From: Acidobacteriota bacterium
Lineage (GTDB): Bacteria > Acidobacteriota > JAAYUB01
NCBI GenBank assembly: GCA_018001935.1
Contig: JAGNHB010000018.1
Coordinates: 14,286 to 78,285 of the forward strand
Length of the DNA stretch: 64,000 nucleotides
Direction: 5' to 3'
The notes below the pieces were generated by a model. The model was not told the origin of the DNA and made no database searches. It saw nothing but the letters and a program-made list of their open reading frames with translations. Position 1 is the stretch's first letter. Each line of letters opens with the position of its first letter. The position numbers were made by a program, and so were the translations under genes. This document shows positions 47,032 to 54,650 of this stretch, in pieces.

Positions 47032-48807
47032 TCACTTCCTGTAAAGTCGGCGGGCGAAGGCGCGGGCGAAGTCCACCATTTCCTCCTGGGTGTTGACGAA
47101 GTGGACGTTCCAGCCCTGCTCCCGGAGTCGTTGAACCTCGGGCGATGCGTAAGACTCCGGCATGTGCAGCACGAAGGTGCCGCCCCCCCTCGCCGCCGCC
47201 AGGGCCCGGGCGGCGACCCCCCAGCCGTCCGGTGCGTCCTCCAGCATGTGGAAGATGTCGTGGTCGGACACCACCATGACGTGGACGGGATTGCGGGGGG
47301 GCGGCCCTTTCAGGAACGCATCCTCCAGCCGGAGGACCCCGAAGGCGTAGCCGGTGCCGAGGTAGTTGACCAGGACCTCCAGGACTTCCGCCGGGTTGCG
47401 GATGAACCCGCGGGTCTGGTGGAATTTTCCCGGTTCGCCGGAGAGGCACGCCATCACCCGCGCCCCGGCCCGCAGCGCCGACAGGGCCACGATGGCGCCC
47501 GCCAGGACCGGGTGGGAGAGATGCGCCGCCGGGTTGAGCATGGAGCCCGAGCAGTCGATGCCGAGGTAGAGGTCGGTGGGGACCCGGGCGGGCTCGGGGC
47601 CCTCCACCGCCCCGTGGAGCCGCCGGACCGTGGTCACGCCGGGGATCACCACCGGACTGCGGACGGCCGTCTCCACCCAGTCGATCTCCTGGGGGCTTCG
47701 GCCCGTGTCCCACACGTCCACGCCCTCGGGTTGGGGTTCCATGGATTTCCCGAGGACCTTGACGGGAAAGCGGATCAGGTGGGGAATGGCCCGCTCCCGG
47801 TAGTAGCGGGCGACCAGGTCCTGCTCGGGAACGTCCACCCCGAGGCCCCGCATCAGCGCGGTGTACGCCTCGGGGTCGCGGTACGTCTTCACCCCGCCCA
47901 CGGTCTCCTTCCCGTCACCCGCCACGGGCGCCTTCTCGGGGGCCGCCGCCTCCCCCGTCACCAGCGGGTCCTCGGCGGGGTGGACGGCGGCCTCCTCGTC
48001 CGCCTCGATCTCGGCCAGGCCGTCGGGGACCTCGATCCCGGCGCCCGCCTGCGCGGTGTCGAGCCAGATCATCCGCCCCCGGCCCAGGCCTTCCTGCTCC
48101 GGTATCTCCAGAAAGTAGGGGAGCAGCAGCGCGGCGAAGCGGCCAGCGCCCTTGAGCCAGTCCTTCGCGTAGACGCGGACGACCCGGGCCCCGAGGCCGG
48201 CGTCCACCTCCAGGGCGGGGTCGGGCGGCCCCGCCGCCGCCAGCGTCCCGCCCGGCAGGGCCCACAGGACCTCGTAGATCCGCATGTAGAGGCGCCACAG
48301 CCGGTCGTCTTCCCTCGTTTTGCCCCTGAGCGCCCGGTAGACGGCGGCCATGTCGAGGCCGGCGCCGCGCTGGAGACGGTCGTTGACCAGGAGGTCGGCG
48401 TAGAGGTTGGCCGCCAGTCCCGCGAAGGCCTCGCGGGTGGGGAGGCCCGCGCGCATGCGGGCCAGGAGGCGGCCGTTGTCGGCCAGGTCGGCGGGGCACA
48501 GGGCGTGGTGCCCCGCCTCGTGGGCCAGGATGGCGGTGGCCAGGGCGTGGTGACCGGCTTCGTGGGCCGGGATGGCGGGGTCGCGCTGGTCCAGTCCCAG
48601 TTCCTGGATTTTCCGGAGGTTGATCACCACGGTGTGGTCGAGGAGCCGGATCATGGCGATGGAATCGTAGATCCCCTCGTCCTCCTCCCTCAGGCGCCAC
48701 GTGGGCGGCCTCAGGCGCAGGAAGGGGCTCCAGGCCGCCAGGGCCGCCGGCCAGCACGCCTCCCACCCGGCCTGCAGGGAAGCGAGCGCGGCGTCCTTCG
48801 CCCTCAC
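47032..48807 (-). CDS. vWA (MIDAS) domain protein with N-terminal HExxH metallopeptidase-like motif (DUF2201-like architecture)
   Basis: MIDAS DLYLGIDCSGSM; duplicated HEAGHHAL; GTG start at 48807 overlaps the upstream stop (GTGA); alternative ATG at 48654. Confidence 0.7.
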   Translation of the reverse strand: MRAKDAALASLQAGWEACWPAALAAWSPFLRLRPPTWRLREEDEGIYDSIAMIRLLDHTVVINLRKIQELGLDQRDPAIPAHEAGHHALATAILAHEAGHHALCPADLADNGRLLARMRAGLPTREAFAGLAANLYADLLVNDRLQRGAGLDMAAVYRALRGKTREDDRLWRLYMRIYEVLWALPGGTLAAAGPPDPALEVDAGLGARVVRVYAKDWLKGAGRFAALLLPYFLEIPEQEGLGRGRMIWLDTAQAGAGIEVPDGLAEIEADEEAAVHPAEDPLVTGEAAAPEKAPVAGDGKETVGGVKTYRDPEAYTALMRGLGVDVPEQDLVARYYRERAIPHLIRFPVKVLGKSMEPQPEGVDVWDTGRSPQEIDWVETAVRSPVVIPGVTTVRRLHGAVEGPEPARVPTDLYLGIDCSGSMLNPAAHLSHPVLAGAIVALSALRAGARVMACLSGEPGKFHQTRGFIRNPAEVLEVLVNYLGTGYAFGVLRLEDAFLKGPPPRNPVHVMVVSDHDIFHMLEDAPDGWGVAARALAAARGGGTFVLHMPESYASPEVQRLREQGWNVHFVNTQEEMVDFARAFARRLYRK

Positions 48808-49823
48808 GCCGGCACCGCCGCCAGGAGCCACACGACGTGGCTCCGTTCCAGGGCCACCGCCAGGGTCTCGCCGTCGGCGGCGGCGGTGCCGGCGCCGGAC
48901 AGCTCGGGGACGCACGCTTCCAGGCCCCGGAAGCGCACCCGGCCCCCGGGCTGAAGGTGGGCCGCCACCGCCGTCCCGGACGGCCGGGGCGGGACCGGGT
49001 CGTCCGCCCGGGTGAGGGTGCAGCCGAAGTGGTCGGCGTGGATTTCCCGGACCGTTTCGCCGTCGGTGGCCAGGAGGCGGCGGCCGTCCGCGGCCACCCA
49101 CGGCGGGCGGGCGAAGGGGCCGCCGAAGCCGCGAAAGGCGCCCGTTCGCGCCATGACCCGGAGGGCCAGGCTTTCGGCGGGCCCCGGTCGGCGAGGGTCG
49201 TACCACCGGCTGATGCACAGGCCCTCCAGCGCCCGGCGCACCCCGGCCTCGTCCACGCCGGGGGTCCCCAGGACCGCGGCCTGCAGCGGCGGGGGGAGCG
49301 TCCGGCACACCGCCAGGGCCGACGGGCGATAGTGGGCGAGACCGACGGTCCAGGCCAGGACCTGCCCCGCCGCCAGCAGTTCGCCGGGGTTGCGGGCCAG
49401 GGGGGAAACCCCGGCCAGGGCCGCCGTCCAGCGCTCCAACGCCGGTCGCCCGTGTTCAGCCACCGCCAGGGCGCCGTTGAAGACCGCCGCCAGGACCTGC
49501 CGCGGGGCCGCCGCCAGGTGGGGCAGGAGCCGGGGCAGGGCCGTCTCCCAGGCCCGGGCGGGGAGGGGCGAGACGGCCCGGGGACCGAGCAGCCGCAGGG
49601 CGAAGAGGTCGAGGGAGACGTCGCAGAGGGCGTGGACCAGCGCGTCCAGGTTGGGGAGACCCCCGCCGGCGGCCGCCGACACCAGGCGGTCCACCGGGCC
49701 GCGGAGGTGCTCCAGGTACTCCCCGGCGTCGAGTCCGGGCCAACGCTCCCGGGCCTCGGCGAAGCGTGCATTGAAGGCGTCGCGGTCCCGGGCGAGGACG
49801 TTTTGGAAGACGGGGTGGATCAC
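48804..49823 (-). CDS. hypothetical protein encoded between the AAA+ and vWA genes (candidate vWA-MoxR-associated component)
   Basis: GTG start at 49823 overlaps the AAA+ stop (GTGA), and the stop overlaps the vWA start; mostly alpha-helical, Ala/Leu-rich. Confidence 0.55.
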   Translation of the reverse strand: MIHPVFQNVLARDRDAFNARFAEARERWPGLDAGEYLEHLRGPVDRLVSAAAGGGLPNLDALVHALCDVSLDLFALRLLGPRAVSPLPARAWETALPRLLPHLAAAPRQVLAAVFNGALAVAEHGRPALERWTAALAGVSPLARNPGELLAAGQVLAWTVGLAHYRPSALAVCRTLPPPLQAAVLGTPGVDEAGVRRALEGLCISRWYDPRRPGPAESLALRVMARTGAFRGFGGPFARPPWVAADGRRLLATDGETVREIHADHFGCTLTRADDPVPPRPSGTAVAAHLQPGGRVRFRGLEACVPELSGAGTAAADGETLAVALERSHVVWLLAAVPA

Positions 49824-51409
49824 GGCTTCCACTTCAGCCAGCGCAGGTAGTTGGTGTAGCGCTGGTGGAGGTACTTCAGCTTCAGGATCCGGTCGTACAT
49901 GTGGCCGTAGAGCTTGCGGGAGGCGCTCCACTCCCGGAGCACCTTCTCCACCTTCGCCAGGCGCCTGCGCACGTCGCCCTCGGCGACCCCCACGAGGCCG
50001 CTGCCGAACTCCTCCTCCAGCGGGGTCAGCGGGTCCGCGCGGTCGAGGTCGAGGCGGTCGTACTCCTTGCACGCGGCGTCGAAAAGGCTGCGGATCCAGC
50101 TCACGCGGTCGGTCCGGAGGGCGGCGTTGCGGCCCTGCTCGAAGAAGGGGCTCTCGGGGTTGGGCACCAGTTTGTCCTGGAGGACGAAGGGGAGGACCTG
50201 CCGGACGTCCTCGAAGTCGACGCTGGGTCTCCCCCGGAACCAGGCCGCGGCCTTGACGTAGGCCAGGGCCGTCATGAGGGCGCGCACCGAGAGGCCGTTC
50301 AAGGTCTGGCCGCCCAGGTCCACGGCGCGGTCGCGGCCGGTCTCCCCGGCGGCGAGGGCGACGAGGTCGGCGCCGGCGAGCTTGACGGTGTCCTTGGTCA
50401 TGTACTCCACCTGGTGGGCGGCGGGCTCGAAGAACTCGAAGTGCCCCGCGAAGAACTCCAGACGCTTCAGGAGCGGGGCGGGGAAGCCCACGGCGCGGAC
50501 CTGGGCCTCCGCGGCGTCCAGCTCGGTCTCGGTGAAGACGAGGCGGGACGGGACCACCTCCTCGGGGCGGACGTTCTCCTCGAGGCGCGTCAGCAGCTCC
50601 CCGAGGAAACGGGTGTTGAAGTGGAGGGCCCGGACCACCACGTCGATACGGTCGCGCAGGGCCTCGATCACCTGGTAGGTCCCGCCGCCGGCGTCGTCGT
50701 TGGCCGTGAGGTACCAGGCCGCCTCGGGGCACTCGAAGACCTGGTCGTACATCTCGGCGTAGTTGTCCGCCATGACGGTGAGGAGGGCGGACTGGGTGCG
50801 GGTGGGGATGCGGTTGTACTCGTCGATGATCTTGATGCGCATCCCGAGCCACTTCCGCCAGGCGATGCGGATGTCCTCGTTGCTGGCGGCGCTCACCATG
50901 GAGCTGGGGAGGGGGTTGCCCAGGAGGTCCGCCACGGTCATCTGGGGCTGGCCGTGCTGGATGGCCCGCCGGATCTCCCGCAACGAGTAGCCCGACAGGA
51001 CGCCCATGAGGATGGCGATGGCGGTTTTCCCCCGCCCGGGGCCGCCCACCAGCAGGCAGCGGCGCCGCACCGCCAGGGTGAGGAGGGGCAGCAGCACGAA
51101 ACTGGAGTAGCTCTGGTCGCTCGGAAGCCGAACGGTGACCTTCGCGTCGCCGAACTCGTAGGAGAGGGGCGGCGTGTCGTTGTACTCGATATCGTAGTGG
51201 GGGCTGATGATGGCGTGGTTGGTGACCCAGAAGTACACCTGGCGGAACTTCTCGTCCAGCGGCACCGCGCCGGGCTCCGCGGCGCGGCCGTCGTCCACGG
51301 GGCCCTGGTAGAGGTCCGCCACGTCGAAGCGGGGCCGCCCCGCCGCCGGCGACGCCGGGTGCGTGGGCGCCTCGGAGACCTTCTCGTAGTCGCGCTTGAA
51401 AAACCCCAT
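49820..51409 (-). CDS. MoxR-like AAA+ ATPase with long N- and C-terminal extensions
   Basis: Walker A GGPGRGKT, Walker B/sensor IIDEYNRIPTRTQSALLTVMAD (MoxR signature); GGAGGG RBS before ATG at 51409. Confidence 0.8.
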   Translation of the reverse strand: MGFFKRDYEKVSEAPTHPASPAAGRPRFDVADLYQGPVDDGRAAEPGAVPLDEKFRQVYFWVTNHAIISPHYDIEYNDTPPLSYEFGDAKVTVRLPSDQSYSSFVLLPLLTLAVRRRCLLVGGPGRGKTAIAILMGVLSGYSLREIRRAIQHGQPQMTVADLLGNPLPSSMVSAASNEDIRIAWRKWLGMRIKIIDEYNRIPTRTQSALLTVMADNYAEMYDQVFECPEAAWYLTANDDAGGGTYQVIEALRDRIDVVVRALHFNTRFLGELLTRLEENVRPEEVVPSRLVFTETELDAAEAQVRAVGFPAPLLKRLEFFAGHFEFFEPAAHQVEYMTKDTVKLAGADLVALAAGETGRDRAVDLGGQTLNGLSVRALMTALAYVKAAAWFRGRPSVDFEDVRQVLPFVLQDKLVPNPESPFFEQGRNAALRTDRVSWIRSLFDAACKEYDRLDLDRADPLTPLEEEFGSGLVGVAEGDVRRRLAKVEKVLREWSASRKLYGHMYDRILKLKYLHQRYTNYLRWLKWKP

Positions 51410-51499
51410 GGGGCCCTCCGTCTTTTTCGATGTTCCGCGGACACCATCGAACGACCGTCATTCGTCGCTCACCGGTGCTTCCTTCGGGGTTGGTTTCGC

Positions 51500-51830
51500 T
51501 GTCACCGGCGGTTTCGAGGCGAAAGGACGAAAGGACCAAAAGGACCCAAAGGACCAAAAGGACCGCGACAAGCCGGTGCCGGATGCAACGAGACCGTAAC
51601 CGGCATTGCCATCGCTGTGGGTATCGCTGTCGCCGTCGTCGCTGTCGCCGTCGTCGCAGCCTCCGATCCCGTCTCCCTCATCGTCAGCCCCTGGCCGTCC
51701 TTTGCGTCCCTTTGGTCCCTTTGGTCCTTTCGTCCTTTGATTCCGACCTCGATCCCGATTGCGACAGCGACCCCGATCCCAACCCCGATGGAAAATCCGA
51801 AAAGAACCGGTGTACGTCCCGAAACATAGG
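51500..51830. repeat. composite repeat element: AAAGGAC array, GC-rich hexamer block, inverted GTCCTTT array, GATYCCGA hexamers, CCCCGATGGAAAATCCG linker
   Basis: read directly upstream of the AAA+ gene. Confidence 0.85.
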
Positions 51831-52115
51831 GCGAATCCGCCGGGATGTCAACGCGAAAACGGGTCGTAACCCATTCCGGACAGGGGAGGTCGGAACCACG
51901 GACCACACGCAAGAGAAAGGTTGTTCTGCCTGTTCTCTGTCCGTGAAGTTTTGCCGAGGCACGAGTGAGGATTATCCTAATTTGTGGCTCGAAATACGGT
52001 GGGCATCGCGATACAATGAATCTTGAAGAAAAATGGGGAGGATGTTCGGGCTGCGAAACAAAGAGGGACCACTTTCTTTCGGTCGGAGAAGTTTGAACCG
52101 CACGAGGTGAAGTTC

Positions 52116-52415
52116 ATGTTGGAGATTGACAAGATCAAACCAGAGATCGCCGCCCTCTGCAAGCGCTTGTATGTCAGGCGCCTGGAACTTTTCGGCTCGG
52201 CGGTTACGAAGGAGTTCGGTCCGGGGAGCGATGTGGACTTTCTTGTCGAATTCGACCGGGGAAAGGGGGATCTCTTCAACTGGTTTTTTGAGTTGAAAGA
52301 GGAGCTGGAGAGACTGGTATCAAGGCCGGTGGATGTCATCGTCACAGACGCGATCCGGGATTCTTTCTTCAGGAAAGTGATAGAGCAAACCCGGACGTTG
52401 CTGTATGCCGCTTGA
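52116..52415 (+). CDS. minimal nucleotidyltransferase (MNT) antitoxin
   Basis: LELFGSAVTKEFGPGSDVDFLVEF nucleotidyltransferase-fold motif (GS...DxD); ORF may begin at 52023. Confidence 0.7.
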   Translation: MLEIDKIKPEIAALCKRLYVRRLELFGSAVTKEFGPGSDVDFLVEFDRGKGDLFNWFFELKEELERLVSRPVDVIVTDAIRDSFFRKVIEQTRTLLYAA

Positions 52416-52617
52416 GATCAAGAAAACTCTTTTTGACATCGTGGCTCCCTCTTTGTTTTCAAGGATTACAAACGCCCAGCGGATTGCAGGCTTCCGCAAT
52501 ATTATCGCCCACGGATACGATGCGGTCGATGAAGCCATTGTCTGGGAGGCGGCTACCGTCCACTTGCCAATTCTGAAGGCGGAAATCGAGCACTGGATGG
52601 AGGCTGACGAGAGGTGA
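52405..52617 (+). CDS. HepT-like (DUF86) toxin, apparently short or N-terminally truncated
   Basis: Rx4HxY motif RNIIAHGYD; only 70 codons versus about 115-140 typical. Confidence 0.5.
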   Translation: MPLEIKKTLFDIVAPSLFSRITNAQRIAGFRNIIAHGYDAVDEAIVWEAATVHLPILKAEIEHWMEADER

Positions 52618-52865
52618 ACCTGATGCAGGAATTCGAGGTGGCGGTGGAGAAGGGGGAGGACGGCAGCTACCGCGCGTCCGTTCCCGGTCTGCCGGGCTGC
52701 GAAGCCCGGGCGAAGAACCTGGAGCAGTTGATGCCCCGGGTGCGCCAGGCTGTCCTGTCCCGGCTCGCGGAGGAAGGCGGCGGGCCCGGCGCCGGGGACG
52801 AGCTCGTGTTGCGGGTGTCCATCTCGCTGCCCGCGCCCTGGGCCCCCTTCCCGCGCGAGTGCTGA
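52614..52865 (+). CDS. HicB-family antitoxin-like protein (no HicA found)
   Basis: EFEVAVEKGEDGSYRASVPGLPGCEARAKNLEQL matches the HicB N-terminal consensus. Confidence 0.6.
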   Translation: MNLMQEFEVAVEKGEDGSYRASVPGLPGCEARAKNLEQLMPRVRQAVLSRLAEEGGGPGAGDELVLRVSISLPAPWAPFPREC

Positions 52866-52910
52866 GACGTTCGCCGCGGGGGCGGCCATCCGGCAGGTCG
52901 GAAACCAGCC

Positions 52911-52940
52911 GAAGCCGCGCGCGTAAGCAAGCGGTTAAAG
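52911..52940 (+). promoter_or_regulatory. copy of the GCCGCGCGCGTAAGCAAGCGGTTAAAG motif, 30-60 nt upstream of the 52970 start
   Basis: about 26/30 identity with 37012-37042. Confidence 0.45.
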
Positions 52941-52969
52941 ATCTGTTATTTACCACTTGGAGGTGCGTA

Positions 52970-54199
52970 ATGGTGAGACGGAGCGTGTTCCGCGTTTCGG
53001 CGGTCGGCGTGTGCCTGCTGCTGGCCGTCCTGGCCGCGACCCCGTGCCCGGCCCAGAAAAAGGCCGCCACGGCCCCGCCAAAGCCGGCCCCCGCCGCGCA
53101 GAAAGCGACCCCGGCCGCGGCCCCGGAGAAGATCGTGCCGTGTCCGCCCGACTTTGTGCTGGAAAAAGAACTCCCCGGCGAGGACCCCTTCTGGGTCTAC
53201 CGGCCCACCTTCTCGCCGGACGGCCTCACCGCCGCCGGTTTCCTCCACTCCAGCCACAAGATCCTGATCTGGGACCTCAAGACGGCGAAGGTGATCAAGG
53301 AGTACGACGAGTCGGTCCACGGCATGCCGGCCCTGGACGGGTTTGAGTACACCGCGGACGGCAAGATGCTGATCCTGATCTACCGGGACCTCCCGCTGAA
53401 GTTCCTGGACCTCGCCGCGGGGAAGGTGGTCCGCACCCTGCCCACCGCGGCGGACCCCAAGAAGGTCTACGACTACGCCTTCAGCCCGGACATGAAGCTC
53501 CTGGCCTTCGGGACCACCACCGGCATCAAGCTGTGGGACCTGGAGAAGGGCGCCCAGATCGCCACGTACCTCGACGGGAAGACCGTCAGCGGCCTGGACA
53601 TCGTCTACTACAAGACGAAGGAGGGCAAGCTCGTCCGACTCATGGCCTACGGGCTGTTCCTGGGGAAAGGGGCCGAGTTCCGCGACGTGGCGGGGATCAT
53701 CGATCTCGACACCGGGGCGGTGAAGCCGGTCCTCAACGACGTTCCGAAGGAGAAGGTGAAACTGGGCGACATGACCCTCTTCTGGGTCTCCTTCGAGCAC
53801 GGCGGCGGCTACCTGATGGTGGGCTACTCGGTCTTCCCGCCCCAGGTGACCGCGGGCGTCTACCTGGTGGGGACGGCCACCGGCAAGTACCTGGCCGACC
53901 ACGCCCTGGAGCAGTACATCCTGATGTACGACGCCTGCTACCTCTGGAAGCCCTTCTACGGCTATCTGGTCTGCACCAGGAACATGAAAGTGGACCCCTA
54001 CAAGGTGAGCACGGAGTTCCTGGTGATCACGAAGACGGACGGGCTCACGGCCATCGACTGCACCCGCGAGGACAAGCTGGCGGTGCAGTCCGTCACCGTC
54101 GCCCGGGACCAGTCCCGGGCGCTGATCGCCACCAAGGCCTCCCAGGCGGCCCCCAGCAAGGTGTACCTGTACCGCCTGGTGCCCAAGACGCCGAAGTAG
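52970..54199 (+). CDS. secreted WD40/beta-propeller-like protein
   Basis: signal peptide MVRRSVFRVSAVGVCLLLAVLAATPCPA; repeated LxxWDL/FSPD blade-like motifs; GGAGG RBS. Confidence 0.65.
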   Translation: MVRRSVFRVSAVGVCLLLAVLAATPCPAQKKAATAPPKPAPAAQKATPAAAPEKIVPCPPDFVLEKELPGEDPFWVYRPTFSPDGLTAAGFLHSSHKILIWDLKTAKVIKEYDESVHGMPALDGFEYTADGKMLILIYRDLPLKFLDLAAGKVVRTLPTAADPKKVYDYAFSPDMKLLAFGTTTGIKLWDLEKGAQIATYLDGKTVSGLDIVYYKTKEGKLVRLMAYGLFLGKGAEFRDVAGIIDLDTGAVKPVLNDVPKEKVKLGDMTLFWVSFEHGGGYLMVGYSVFPPQVTAGVYLVGTATGKYLADHALEQYILMYDACYLWKPFYGYLVCTRNMKVDPYKVSTEFLVITKTDGLTAIDCTREDKLAVQSVTVARDQSRALIATKASQAAPSKVYLYRLVPKTPK

Positions 54200-54213
54200 T
54201 GGCGCAAGCCAAA

Positions 54214-54240
54214 GTGGTGGCGCAAGCTTCAGCTTGCGCG
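54214..54240 (+). terminator. hairpin gcgcaagc-ttca-gcttgcgc after the 54199 gene (no T-tract)
   Basis: perfect 8-bp stem; between convergent genes. Confidence 0.35.
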
Positions 54241-54494
54241 GGAACTCAATCGGCGGCTCTCTGTCTCCGGAAGGCCTTTCCCGGCCGCTGCCGCCCAGAT
54301 CGGACCGATCGGTCGGATCCGACGGATCGGTCCGATGCTGCCCCTCCCCGTCCTCGGCCGTTCAGGCTCCGGCGGCGTGCGGGTCCTTCGCAACCCGGGC
54401 CGTCTGGGGCCGACCGCGCCGCTCCGCGGACTGCGCGGCGCGGGGAAAGCGGCGCTCCGGCAACCTGCGCACCGCACTCCGCAGCGGAGACGGC

Positions 54495-54650
54495 GGCGGC
54501 GATCCCGATTGCGACAGCGATCCCGATTACGACAGCGAGAGCGATTGCGATACCGATACCGATACCGATGGGAACCCCTCCGGACCTACAGCCTACAGCC
54601 TTCAGCCTTCAGCCTTCAGCCTAAACCCCTTCAGCCTATCCCCTACCTTC
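54495..54650. repeat. composite repeat element: GATCCCGATTGCGACAGC hexamer array, CCGATGGGAACCCCTCCGGACC linker, CCTACAG/CCTTCAG heptamers
   Basis: read directly; the giant gene's TAG stop lies in the terminal ccctacc. Confidence 0.9.
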
